DNA from: Octopus sinensis
Taxonomy: Eukaryota
DNA: 64,000 nt
Assembly: GCF_006345805.1 (NCBI RefSeq)
Contig: NC_043018.1
Location: forward strand, 15,252,001-15,316,000
Reading direction: 5' to 3'
A model generated the notes under the pieces. It saw only the letters and a list, made by a program, of their open reading frames with translations, searched no databases and was not told where the DNA came from. Made by a program: the position numbers and the translations under genes. Of this stretch, positions 1 through 12,512 are shown piece by piece. Positions within the stretch are counted from its first letter, which is position 1. Each line of letters starts with the position of its first letter.

Positions 1-355
1 GAGGGTTCCGGTTGATCCGATCAACGGAAAAGCCTGCTCGTGAAATTAACGTGTAAGTGGCTGAGCACTCCACAGGCACGTGTACCCTTAACGTAGTTCT
101 CGGGGATATTCAGCGTGACAAAGAGAGTGACAAGGTCGGCCCTTTGAAATACAGGTACAACAGAAACAGGAAGTAAGAGTGAGAGAAAGTTGTGGTGAAA
201 GAGTACAGCAGGGATCACCACCATCCCCTGCCGGAGCTTCGTGGAGCTTTAGGTGTTTTCGCTCAATAAACACTCACAACGCCCGGTCTGGGAATCGAAA
301 CCGCGATCCTACGACCGCGAGTCCGCTGCCCTAACCACTGGGCCATTGCGCCTCC
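1..355 (-). mobile_element. tRNA-derived SINE family A, tail type 1 (cut by window edge)
   Basis: Reverse complement starts GGAGGCGCAATGGCCCAGTGG (A box) then GGTTTCGATTCC (B box); near-identical to copies at 7135, 15787, 19807 and 30202. Confidence 0.9.
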
Positions 356-716
356 ACGAAACAAGCAATCTAAGAATGAGAAGAAAAGAAAATATAAAAT
401 GTCTAAAAGACATCATTTAGTCTGAATCATTACATTCTGAGTTCAAAACTCGCCGAGGTAAATATTCTCTTTAATTCTTCCGAATCGAAAAAATATCCAG
501 GTAGATCTGACACGTTGTATCTATGTCATAAATGATAATCAAATAGGTGCGCAGTCGTGTTTGTGTGGTAAGAAGCTCAATTACCAACCATATGGATTCG
601 GGTTCGGTTCAAGTGTCTTCAATTTAAAACAAAAGTAAATCAATTAAAACTTTTTACAGAAATTAACGAACAAAATCAGCTCTTCATTTTCACATTTCTG
701 AGACAACAACCGAAGT

Positions 717-1072
717 GGAGGCGCAATGGCCCAGTGGTTAGGGCGGCGGACTCGCGGTCGGAGGATCGCGGTTTCGGCGTTGTGTGTGTTTATTGAGCGA
801 AAGCACCTAAAGCTCCACGAGGCTCCGGCAGGGGTGGTGGTGACCCCTGTTGTACTCTTTCGCTCCAACTTTCTCTCACTCTTTCTTCCTCTTTCTTGTC
901 CCCGACTTCCTACGCAACCGCTAAGCCTGGATGCGCATTCAGCCATCCGTCGATGCTCTCGGTGTCGGGGGTTGACCTGCTTTCTCTTCTGCGGGTCTTA
1001 CGAATAGCAAAGGACCACGTTTCGGACTTCTCATATCTTGCGAGCTCTGGGACGAAAACCGTTCGCTCAATA
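717..1072 (+). mobile_element. SINE family A, tail type 2
   Basis: Same tRNA head/core (B box partly deleted); 3' part shared only with the copy at 15341. Confidence 0.88.
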
Positions 1073-2259
1073 GCAACAGCAGCGATTACATAGATATTTG
1101 AAGACATACAGTGTATCAAATAACCATAGCAACAAATTCACTTGATAATTCTTAGATAACAATGAAAAAGAAATAAATCACGTGTGTGTGAGAGAAACAC
1201 AGAGAGAGAGGGTGAGAGAGAACATTGCAAACCATGAAGGAAATAAACATGAAATGAAAAAAATCGTATAGTTAAAAGCTCGTTTAAAACTATCTTGTAC
1301 CTAATGTTTAAGTTTGTGACTTGAAATATTCAATAATAAAAAGAAGTTCAGAAAGTAAATTTTACTGAAAACTTCAATTTATAAAAATTCTCTCTTGCTT
1401 AATAAATATTTCTTTCAGTAATTTATCGTAGTTTTAATAAATCTCTAATTTAAACAAACGTCAAGGTAACCCAACTACGTTTAGCGTGCAAGGCATAGCA
1501 GCGATCACATAGTTATCGTAGTAAGGCTTATTGCGTTCCAGACAGCCATACCAACAAAATCAAAAGATTTTCATTTTATCAAAAATATTCATTTAACAAA
1601 CCTCTGAAACATACTATTCTTGAAATTGTACCTAGTATCAAAGTTATGCAGCTATTTAGTCTAATAGCATTCATTCATTTAATAGATGATTTTTCTTTTA
1701 AATTACGTAAGTAGAATAAATTGTGGGTTTTTCAAATAGCGAATTAAAACTTGAAATGAAAACACTGAAATGAATATATGTTAAATTATCATTAATGAAA
1801 ATAGAAGCGAGTGAAGAGAGTGAGAGACTGCAGCAGATGAAAACGGAAATTTTCACCTGCAACGAATTAATATTAAACATTAAAATCTACTCTGCAGTAA
1901 GTACAACGAATATTTAAATTTGTGAAAAACTTGTGGTTCAAATATTCAATAAACTTCAGAAATCGAAATTACAGGAAAAATCTTAGAACATGAATTTATA
2001 AAAAAAATTAAAATCCTGGCGGTCAAGCCTTTAATAATTGATTTCATTTATCAACTGTTACATATTTAATTAACAAGCAGCTTTCTCCATTATAATGTGT
2101 GTGTGTGTGTGTGTGTGTGTGTTGTGTGTGTGCGTGTGTCTGGATTGCTCAGTCACTTGCACGTTAATTTCACGAGCAGGCTGTTCTGCTGATCGTATCA
2201 GCTGGGACCCTCGTCGTCGTAACCGACGGAGTGCTCCTATATATAGATAATACATATTG

Positions 2260-2290
<31 letters not shown>

Positions 2291-2861
2291 TTTGCAAATA
2301 TTTTCATAGCAGTACTGTGTTTAGAATCCATGAGTATCTTCGGTGAGAAAGGATAACCATGACAGATAAGAGAGCAATCGAATTCAACAAGTCTTACAAT
2401 AACCTACGCCTACAGAAGACATTTTAAGTATGCACGTACACAATATATATATATAAACTATATATAAGAACAATTGCGAATTACTGCGAATTTCGTTTTC
2501 GTAAATATATACATGCGTATTTTTTCTATTACTCTATAGCCAAACGCAGTTGTATAGAAATTTTATTGAAAATTAAACAAATGCTTTTTACGATTTGTGA
2601 GTAGGCAGGGTCAAACACGCAAGAGTATAAAAATATTCAGTCGAGTCATTCACGCAGAAATTTTAACATTCGATTTACAATTGTTTGCTTGACAAACAAA
2701 AGATATGTTTGGTCGTACGAAATATAACAAATGGCCGTGAGTGGGCAGAGAAAATCCCCAATGATTAATCTCCTTTCTCACGCTTCTTTACCTCTTGTCA
2801 ATATAGCCTTATTAAAACAGATACCAGAATTGTCATAGAGAATCAAGAAAATAGAATATAT

Positions 2862-3273
2862 ATTTCTTCACTATCCACAAGGGGCTAAACACAGAGGGGA
2901 CAAACAAGGACAGACAAAGGAATTAAGTCGTTTACATCGACCCCAGTGCGTAACTGGTACTTAATTTATCGACCCCGAAAGAATGAAAGGCAAAGTTGAC
3001 CTCGGCGGAATTTGAACTCAGAACGTAACGACAGACGAAATACCTATTTCTTTATTACCCACAAGGGGCTAAACACAGAGCTGACAAACAAGGACAGACA
3101 TAGGTATTAAGTCGATTACATCGACCCCAGTGCGTAACTGGTACTTAATTTATGACCCCGAAAGGATGAAAGGCAAAGTCGACCTCAGCGGAATTTGAAC
3201 TCACAACGTAACGCAGACGAAATACCACTAAGCATTTCGCCCGGCGCGCTAACGTGTCTGCCAGCTCGCCGCC
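2862..3273 (-). mobile_element. SINE family B, head plus tandemly duplicated body
   Basis: Reverse complement GGCGGCGAGCTGGCAG...GAGTTCAAATTCC...GCCTTTCATCCTTTCGGGGTC; body present twice. Confidence 0.88.
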
Positions 3274-3419
3274 AGAATATAATCACTTTTAGTATAGCAC
3301 TAGAGATCTACTGTTTTTCATATTGAGTCAAGTAGGTGAGAGAAAGATTTCCCGCCGGATAGAGAGCTAAGCTTTTCAATAGAAAAGAAAAATTAAACAA
3401 TATGAGATATAATCGACTA

Positions 3420-3675
3420 GCCCGCTTCTCCTTGGGATATGTAATACACTGCCCAAATATCAATCTTGAGAGATTAGACATCTCAAAATCAGAAAGGAGA
3501 AACGTAATTCGAAGACTACAGATCCAATTCATCACTGGAACTGTAAAAATCTGTAAAACTTTCCAGAAGTTTATCATTTAAATATATATGAGCATGTCTA
3601 GCTATGTAACTATATGCATGAGAATACATACATATAGCATACAAATCTGCACATACATACATATATAGACGTACA

Positions 3676-3707
<32 letters not shown>

Positions 3708-3830
3708 AACAAAAATACCCTGTTGTTGATGTTGAAATTCCAATGAAGGAACCTTGGATCTAGGCTAGAAACCGGTTCTTTCTCTATTGGCAAGAAATCT
3801 TGAAATAAAACTGAATAATGACATACATAC
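3420..3830 (+). mobile_element. 3' end of an RLE-type non-LTR retrotransposon (ORF C-terminus plus 3' UTR)
   Basis: Plus frame LGYVIHCPNINLERL...IRRLQIQFITGTVKICKTFQKFII* resembles RLE C-termini; the UTR recurs at 58890-59105. Confidence 0.6.
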
Positions 3831-3923
3831 ATTGTGCATGTGTGTTTTGCTATTCCAGTCAAGTACATGAAAGTCATACATATGTTTTCATATATATTTG
3901 TAATATACGCGTATTTATAAATA

Positions 3924-4629
3924 CGAGGGGTTACCCAAAGGAAACCGGGATTTTGCAATATTAGTTTATTCACTTGTTTTTAAACGTTTATCGATTTGAA
4001 AGTTTTCTCCATTTGAAGCAATAAAATCTACCCTGCAGTAAGTACAACGAATGGCAGCATCCTTATAAGCTGTTTGAAGCATGACAACTGTTTCGACCGC
4101 CGTTTGCAAATTCCTCGCTCAAAATTCGTTGGCAGGATCACCATGACACACCAGTCATATCAACAAGTTTGTCAGTTGTCCGACGACAGTTCTGCAAGAT
4201 CAGTTCATGAATTTTCGTGATGTTTCCATTCGTTTGTGAGGTCGACGGTCGCCCTAAATGAGGTTTGTCTTCAAGCGACAATTGACTATTCATAAAGCGT
4301 GAAGACCACTCGTAACCTTGTGTTGCCCACGGCAGCATCCTTATAAGCTGTTTGAAGCATGACAATTGTTTCGGCCGCTGTTTTCCCCAGCAGAAATCAG
4401 AATTTCACGAAAGCACCCTGTCCCTTCCTCTCAGCCATGGTAAAAAAATCGACGGAAAGGAGAGAATCACTGTCAAACAAAAATGTGCCACGTAGTAATA
4501 CGACTTCGCCAGAGGACACCGGGTGGCAGACTAATGCCTGCGGGTCTCATCAAGTGGTTTCTAGCGGCGGAAGCTTGAACTAACACGGGCTTGTCCCACA
4601 GTCTTCGGTTAGTTTTGGGTACCTCCTCA
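3924..4629 (-). mobile_element. Internally deleted mariner (Tc1/mariner) transposon
   Basis: Imperfect TIRs CGAGGGGTTACCCAAA / TTTGGGTACCTCCTCA flanked by TA; minus ORF EWSSRF..LEDKPHLGRPST..IHELILQNCRRTT matches the mariner transposase HTH region. Confidence 0.85.
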
Positions 4630-5291
4630 TATATATCAATATCAATATTAAGGCGTGTGCACAAGGCGGCGAACTGGCAGATTCGTTACCGCGGCAGGCA
4701 AAATTGCTTAACGGCATTTCATTCAAATTCCGCTGAGGTCGAATTTGCCTTTCATCCTTTTTGGGTTGATAAAATAAATATCACTTGAATACAGAGTTCG
4801 ATGTAATCGAATTACGCTCTCAATTGATGGCTTCGTGCCAAAATTTCAAATCAATACTAATGTGTGTGTTTGTGTTAAGTTTTTACTGCATTTTTAACTC
4901 TGTGAAAAAAAAAATTACTTCAGTACCTTACAAAACAAATTATATCAGCTAAGCAAATGACCTTCTCTAAACGCATTAAAAACATAGCATGATCTGATCA
5001 CTACTTCAGAAAATTATCGCCGTTCTCTTTGAGCATATAAAAGACAACTTTATCTGGGGCAAAATGTGCAAGATAAGATAAGGTAAATTTGCATCTTTAA
5101 TTCTCCAGAATTATGTTTGAAAACAAGACTCATACACATCAGTATCCATCCTTAGATATCATGGAGATCAGAAATTCAACAAAAATTTTTTATGTTTTGA
5201 TCAAATGAAAGAGGACCAGGGTAAAATGGCACATGGTATGAAATTAACAAAACTCGATTAAATAAAAAAAACCTTAACTTTAAATGTTCTC

Positions 5292-5683
5292 GTGGTAAGT
5301 AGCTTGCTAACCAACCCATGGTTCCGGGTTCAGTCCCACTGCGTGGCATCTTGGGCAAGTGTCTTCTGCTATAGCCCCGAGCCGACCAATGCCTTGTGAG
5401 TGGATTTGGTAGACGGAAACTGAAAGAAGCCTGTCGTATATATGTATATATATATTTGTATGTGTGTGTATGTGTGTGTGTTTGTCCCCCTAGCATTGCT
5501 TGACAACCGATGCTGGTGTGTTTACGTCCCCGTCACTTAGCGGTTCGGCAAAAGAGACCGATAGAATAAGTACTGGGCTTACAAAAGAATAAGTCCCGGG
5601 GTCGAGTTGCTCGACTAAAGGCAGTGCTCCAGCATGGCCACAGTCAAATGGCTGAAACAAGTAAAAGAGTAAAAGAGTAAGAG
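5292..5683 (+). mobile_element. SINE family C (CORE-like motif, internal (TA)/(TG) tract, (GTAAAAGA)n tail)
   Basis: GGTTCAGTCCC B box, CTTGGGCAAGTGTCTT motif; homologous copies at 48418, 51183, 52150, 56211 and 63623. Confidence 0.88.
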
Positions 5684-6299
5684 TATAGCTTCTTCACGAT
5701 CTGCTTGAGTGTTTCTCTTTGTAATATAATTTACACAACATACATTTAAAGAAACCAAATTAGCTGAAATTAGACAGTACTCATTTTACCCCATTTTAGA
5801 CATCATTTTTTGAAAGTTTTTGAAAATTATCAAATTAGACATTGGTGTGAGAAAAGTTTTACTTGGAATCCAACAGAGGAAAGAATATTGATTGTTAAAC
5901 ACCAACAATATCCAGATATTTTTATTAGCTACCTCAATTACAATTGGGTCAAAGCTGAGGAGAAATTTCTTGAAAGAAAAGTACCTGTCACCTGATTATG
6001 TTCCAAAATCTCTTAACTTCAACAACAACTATGCTGACCAAATTTTACGCCTAAACATGATGCAACAGTATAAAATGGCAATATCAACAATGCTATGATT
6101 CCAAACAGGTAGAGAGAGAAAAGAGAGAAATCAGAAACTACTAATTTTAACCTGGGAACTAATTTTGCCCGCCCACCACTATAATTATGTTTAAAACTTT
6201 GAAAGCTGTATTATTCCCTTTTCTTTGTATTGATATCAACAGGCGACAGCGATTATAGACCTTCAACTATCTTTGTCTCCCTGCACAACAGTTTAGTAG

Positions 6300-6560
6300 G
6301 TCGACCTTTCCGCAGTTAACTGGGAATGTCATTGAGTATTTTCTCTTTCAATCTTCCCCAGCATATTCTTCCTTTCATTTACCAGTTGTCTCCAAGTGTT
6401 AAAACTTTAGTCTTCTTATATGATACCCAAGAAATTCAGTTTCCTTCTTTATGCTTTTAGGAAGTTTTCTCCTTGTGTGGAGCTGAAATCATTAGAAATT
6501 GTTACTCTGTCTGTATAGGACATCTTCAACATACCTCCATGGAACCATATCTTTGTAGCA
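6300..6560 (-). mobile_element. Degenerate RTE-like LINE ORF2 C-terminal fragment
   Basis: Minus strand reads ATKIWFHGGMLKMSYTDRVT followed by RKL.F.G-like remnants, similar to the RTE post-RT region; frameshifted. Confidence 0.4.
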
Positions 6561-6583
6561 GTGTGAAAAATAAAGTGTTAAAG

Positions 6584-6633
6584 GTAGAATCGTTAGAATC
6601 GTAGAATCGTTAGAATCGTAGAATCGTTAGAAC
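6584..6633 (+). repeat. 17-bp tandem repeat (GTAGAATCGTTAGAATC) x3
   Basis: Read directly; the unit resembles the SINE-B head GCAGAAACGTTAGCAC. Confidence 0.85.
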
Positions 6634-6694
6634 GACAAATAAATGGCTGATCGTTAGTAAGGAGAGACACACAAATAAGAAAGAAGAAAGCAAA

Positions 6695-6739
6695 GGACCA
6701 CTGATGAGGTCACAGAAGTGTGACGAAAGAACTATGGCC
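6695..6739 (+). ncRNA. Minimal type I hammerhead ribozyme-like motif
   Basis: GGACCA-CTGATGA-G-GTCACA-GAAG-TGTGAC-GAAA-GAACT-A-TGGCC: both core boxes, 6-bp stem II, very short stem III, short stem I. Confidence 0.55.
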
Positions 6740-7134
6740 GAAATAAGATTAATGTAGAAAATAAAATAAAGCTGAAGCAAATTAACACCAAATATATATT
6801 GCGTGTGTTTTTATTTGCTAAACTGGCAACATGACCATCCCTAAATACGACAAATAAAATGTTTTATGAATTTAATTACATTCCTTTGCGTTCTCAGTTC
6901 AAATCCTTTCAGACCTGACTTTATCTTATCAGGCCACTATAAAACTATAACAGACACTTTCCTCTCCACTTGCTTCAAATATGTAGCCTTATTTTTACGA
7001 TAGTTAATTAAATGATACTGTTTGTCTCTGTTTTCTTCATAGGTGCTTATTTGGCGTATATGGTGGGTAGTGTGCTGTACGTCTAGCAATGTAGCAAAGC
7101 TTATCATTATACAGTCTATTGTATATGGTGTGGT

Positions 7135-7499
7135 AGCACTCCGTCGGTTACGACGACGAGGGTTCCGGTTGATCCGAATCAACGGAACAGCCTGCTCGTG
7201 AAATTAACGTGTAAGTGGCTGAGCACTCCACAGACACGTGTACCCTTAACGTAGTTCTCGGGGATATTCAGCGTGACACAGGGAGTGACAAGGCCGGCCC
7301 TTTGAAATACAGGTACAACAGAAACAGGAAGTAAGAGTGAGAGAAAGTTGTGGTGAAAGAGTACAGCAGGGATCACCACCATCCTCTGCCGGAGCCTCGT
7401 GGAGCTTTTAGGTGTTTTCGCTCAATAAACACTCACAACGCCCGGTCTGGGAATCGAAACCGCGATCCTATGACCGCGAGTCCGCTGCCCTAACCACTG
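7135..7499 (-). mobile_element. SINE family A, tail type 1
   Basis: Near-identical to 1-355; first bases of the head are missing where it abuts the LINE. Confidence 0.9.
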
Positions 7500-9933
7500 A
7501 GAATATTTAAGAAAACATAAGAAAATTATGAATTTGTTTTAAAATTGAGATTACATAGACAGTATTTTATGTAGGATATGGGCAGTTCCCATGAGCACCA
7601 GCTTTTGAATTTCTGCCATTCTGTGGTTTCCTAGTATCTAAGCTAGGTAGGTATCAGCCCTTTTTGCTATCGTTCTTAGGGCACCTATGACAACAGGTAT
7701 TGTTTTAGTCTTGATGTTCCACATTTTGCCAGTTTCTTTTTAAGATCTTTATACTTGCTTAGTTTTTGGTAGCTCTTGACAGATACGTTTATATCGATTG
7801 GGACAGTCATATCAATGAGGTGGCATGATTTTTGTCTGAAGTCTTTCAATATAATGTCTGGCTTATTTGCATCTATCTTTCTGTCAGCTTGAATAGTGAA
7901 GTTCCAGAGGAGTGAGCTATGATCATTTCCAAGCACTGGATGTGGTTTTTGTTCCCACCAGTTTTTATCATGGGGCAGGTCAAGGTGTTTGCAAATCACC
8001 CAATAAATATATTGTGCTGCTCTACCATGCCTGTTGAGATACTCTGTAGGCGCAAGAAGACTGCACATGGAGACAACATGATCAATGGTTTCATTTTGTT
8101 GTTGACATACACGACATGTTGGGTAGCTGCCGTTCTTTAATATGTTGGTCTGGTGGTTGGCATTGATCTTGGGCTGGTATGATAAACCATTCTGTCGCTG
8201 ATTTTAAGCCAGAAGACTCTAACCATTGATGTGCAAGAGCATTGTCAACTTCGACGTTATTAGCTCTCTTTGGGTATTTGTCATTGAGAAGTTTTTCTTG
8301 CCCTTTATCAGTAAGAGTATCTAACGCAGCAGTTTTAGCTCGGGTTTTCATACGCTTAGTTCTTTCTGTGCTTGTTTCCAGTACGTATAATTCTGGTATT
8401 TGTTGTATTTGGAATTCACTAAGATAATACTTTGCCTGTTTTTTTTTTATATATTGAGTATAATGTTTTCTTGTTTTCGTGCTTTAAGACAAGTTTTAAC
8501 ATCCAGTCATCAGAATTTTTCAGGTAGGTGTTTAGGCCAATTGTGGAAATCTTCATTGTATATACAATCTTCATTGTATATAACAGATAGTTTATTGTCG
8601 TATTATAAACTTTGAACCCATACCTGGTGTTATTAATTCATTTGAGAGTGGGATCAGTGCTATGGAAAAGAGTAAGGGGAAGAGGGAGTCACATTGAAAG
8701 ATGCCTCGTTTGATGTTGAAGTTGTTAGATTGGCTCATCCCATTACTGTTGTTTAGGAGAGGTGTGTTCCATTTCTCATGCTCTATCCAGTCAGCTTTAG
8801 CATTATATTCTTTTTTGTTGCTCCAACTCTTCCATTTCCTTAGTCTTAGGTGGCTCCTTTACTTCCATCTAACTTTTACCAATTTCCCAATAGAATTTCT
8901 TTGCACCTGTCTTGAATACCTTGTTTTGTCGATAAAATTTGATTCTTTTTCTCATACCTTTTAAGCCGTTGGGCTTTCAGCTGTATTCGCTGCCTCACTA
9001 GTTCCTTGGTTGCAGGGAGGTTTATAAAATCATTGGTTTTATAGTTTTGCTTGATTTTTCTAGCTTGTTTCGTCTTAACATTTACTCCTCTAGCAAGTTC
9101 ATCGAGAACTGATACATTCGCCCGCAGAGATTCGATCTTTTTGGTATTGGCACTTCCCATTTAGAAGATCTATTGACATGATTGGTTCTTGTCCGTGTCG
9201 TCCTGATACCTAATTAAACAGTTACAACTTTAGCAGTGGAATAGATGAGGCTACTTAAGGTTGTTAGGTCATTTCCTATATTTCTTAAGATCTGTCTAAG
9301 AAAAACAATATATTTCATGATTATGCTCTTGTTTTTCTATGCTGTTTGAGAACTTTGGTAGCGTTTCTTCATTTGATCATGTCAGAAAACTCAGTCTTGC
9401 TGAGTTCTCTCATAATACCTTCTTTTGATTCTTTGATCTCTTTATTATTCACCTCAACCTCAGTGCCATATCTATTCTGGTGTTCTTCAGGTAGGTCTAC
9501 TTCTTCCTCTTTTTCTGCATATCTGTTCTTCGCTATTCTTTTTTCAGCTTCCTCGTTGGGATGCACTTGCTCGTCCACTGGGTTCTCTGCATCTGTTACC
9601 TATTTCATCTGCATTGTTGCTGTTTTTCATTTTGTCTACCATGTCTGCTAATTTGGCTTATTTCAGCATCAGTTAACCTTTTATTCTTAATGATGTCTCT
9701 ACGTACATTACTTAATCTATTTGCGTCTATATATCTGCGTACCTTCGTTGCCTACTAATTTTCTCCATGACAAATATATATTTGTGCAACGACATTATTG
9801 TTTGGGTTTAGCTGGGATGTATAGAAAGCTTTCAACACATCTCTATACTCCTCTATAGTTCATTTTATGCGTTTTGCTTTAGGCGGTGCTTTTGGTGGCG
9901 TAACTATAGGTCTAGGGTTAGGGTATCTTTGGG
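7500..9933 (-). mobile_element. Degenerate Dong/R4-type RLE non-LTR retrotransposon (RT core largely deleted)
   Basis: Minus frames: N-terminal NRLSNVRRDIIKNKRLTDAEI; HQWLESSGLKSATE; CRVC..ETIDHVVSMC zinc motif; KPDIILKD..LIDMTVPID..KLSKYKDL endonuclease; GTAHILHKILSM*; 5' end abuts (TTA)n. Confidence 0.85.
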
Positions 9934-9961
9934 CTTATTATTATTAACATCATCATCATCA

Positions 9962-10016
<55 letters not shown>
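9934..10016. repeat. (TTA)n/(CAT)n microsatellite
   Basis: Read directly. Confidence 0.95.
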
Positions 10017-10399
10017 GTTTTTTCCTTCTTTCTTCAAATTTTCTTCCGTTTCTCGCCGAGTGTTTTCCATACACCTAGGGCAGAGAAGGGCATTGTATGC
10101 ATTCCCAGATTACACGCGCAAATTCACAGATAAAATATGTATTTAAAAATTAATAAATAAATAAATTCATGGATGGATGTTATTTTCACAGCGATAGTGC
10201 TCTTCTCAGTACATGAGCCGTTCCAGTTAATACGATTTTTTGCACTTTCTGTAGGGATGGTAAGCCTGGAATCATTTTCAAATAGGTTTCAGTACCTTTT
10301 TTTATCATTCCTAGAGATCCTACAATCACTGGTACTGTAGTCGCCTTGAGATGCCACATTTTTTCAATTTCCATTAGCAGGTCTTTATATTTACTGATC
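10017..10399 (-). mobile_element. 5'-truncated Dong/R4-type LINE (RLE C-terminus plus 3' UTR) embedded in (TAA)n
   Basis: KISKYKDLLMEIEKMWHLKATTVPVIVGSLGMI...VLTGTAHVLRRALSL*; (TTA)n on both sides. Confidence 0.88.
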
Positions 10400-10421
10400 T
10401 TATTATTATTATTATTATTAA

Positions 10422-10497
<76 letters not shown>

Positions 10498-10519
10498 GTT
10501 GTTGTTATTATTATTATTA
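10400..10519. repeat. (TTA)n microsatellite
   Basis: Read directly. Confidence 0.95.
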
Positions 10520-11004
10520 AGACGGTGAATTCGAAAAATCGTTTAAGAATCAGACAAAATGTCTTGCGATATCGTTACAGTTCTTTCCGTTCTGAGTTCA
10601 AATCGTGTCAAGATTTTCTTTGCTTCTTATCCACCCCCAACTCGAAAGGGGAAGTCGATAAAATTAAATACTGGTCAATTGCTACTGTCGGTTTAATCGA
10701 TGGGCCCCTTCGCTGATACAAACATCTTGGCTTCTGCTTGTTTTAGAAGCAATTGTTTTTGATGTCGTTGTTGTTGTTGCTTCATGTTGTGGCAAGATGT
10801 TCCTTTTGTGCGATCTTGCGAGACTCAATGATTCGGATATTTTGCCGATCTCAAAGTGATTTTTTTTTTTTTTTTTTTTGCATGGGATTTCCGAACAAGC
10901 AGATTCTTTTTGCTAATATTTGTAGAGGCGTTATGTTCTTTATTGTGTTTCATATTCAGAGAATTTAAGCAATGACAGAGCAACAGCTATCTGAAACGCC
11001 CACC

Positions 11005-11013
11005 ATAATAATG

Positions 11014-11083
<70 letters not shown>

Positions 11084-11103
11084 TAATAATAATAATGATG
11101 ATG
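11005..11103. repeat. (ATA/ATG)n microsatellite
   Basis: Read directly. Confidence 0.95.
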
Positions 11104-11767
11104 AAGCATACTTTTACCAAACAGAAAAGAAAATTGACGTTTTCAAATGGATAAGCACGTATAGTTTAACAAAAGAAAAAAGAAAATGATACGATATTTT
11201 TATGGCCATTATTAATACTGTCACTCTACGTGGTCGACATTGTTGACAGCAATAGCAACAAAACAACAACAACAATACAAACACATAAATTCTTCTCTTA
11301 TCAAATGTAAAAACACAGTTTAGCAAGCAAGAAGTCATTGATATTACAGGCAGCGTGATTTTCACTTGCATGACAAGGAGAATGTAGGCTCTGCTTATAA
11401 GGAACTTGCTTAAATTAGGGCTACTTGGCACGATTACGTCATATTAAAAAGTTTGCTCAACTAAACAATTTGTACAACACCTGTCGTAGAATACTCATTT
11501 GATGTATCTAAAAAAAAAAACTAGTCGAGGCTTTTAGTTGCCCCCAAAAGAGCAGCCAGGAAGAGCATTTCACGACGTTATAAGTCGATGTTCTCTCGGT
11601 TTGGTGCGATGGCATTTATTGAACTGTCTGCATTGCTTTTGTGGAGGGTGAGGAAGAATACATCCCCAAGCTGGTCAAAATTGTAAGACACACATCCGTG
11701 CATACATTTGTGCGCTAGTTTTTGAAAAACGATAGTAACTCCTGTTTTATCACTTTTGTATTACAGT

Positions 11768-12080
11768 TGAGGCTCAATGGGCCAGTGATTAGGGCAGCGG
11801 ACTCGCGGTTGGAGGATCGCGCTTTCGATTCCCAGACCGGGCGTTGTGTGTGCTTATTGAGCGAAAACACCTAAAGCTCCACGAGGATCCGGCAAGGGGA
11901 TGGAGGTGGCGACCCCTGTTATACTCTTTCGCCACAACTTTCTCTCATTCTTTCTTCCTGTTTCTTGAGTAACGGTGCGATGGACTGGTGTCCCTTCCAG
12001 CTGAGGGGAATACATACACCATAGAAACCGCGAAACCGGGCCCACGAGCCTGGTTTGGCTTGAAAAGGGCGCATAAATTA
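11768..12080 (+). mobile_element. SINE family A, tail type 4
   Basis: Diverged family A head/core followed by a tail unique in this window (GCGATGGACTGG...GAAACCGGG). Confidence 0.8.
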
Positions 12081-12512
12081 AAAAAATTACAGTATAGTGA
12101 TGTGATTAACGTGGTAATATGCGCAGGAGGAGGCAGAATGGACCAGTAAGTCCGAATGACTTCCAGGATCCATAATGTCATACTGGAGCTGCATTGCGTT
12201 ACAGCTGCAGAAACAAAAGGCATGAGACTTGTGTAGTAGGATAAAAAGCCTAATTGCTACATATGTGAAAACGAAGAAAAGACAGCAAGAAAACGAGATG
12301 GTGCAAAACAGCAGAATTAGCAACGACAGCAGTAGATCCCACTTTCCAGAATACAATAATTCGCCTCTGGAAACATGGGTGTTTCGTTCAACATCCCTAA
12401 ACAACCCTCAATCAGGGACCGTTTGAGCAGGATGGGCTACTCAACCTGAAGAACATTCTGACTGGGCACCTCCTGCAAAGTCATGCGCTGCTTATCTTGA
12501 TATAAGGTCTCC

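Noticed and set aside
21-273. Recurrent short ORFs MVVIPAVLFHH..., MFIERKHLKL..., MLAWVGRFD...
   Set aside because: They recur because they lie in SINE copies; no coding signal.
9913-9925. TAGGGTTAGGG telomere-like motif
   Set aside because: Under two full units, inside a LINE 5' region; likely chance.
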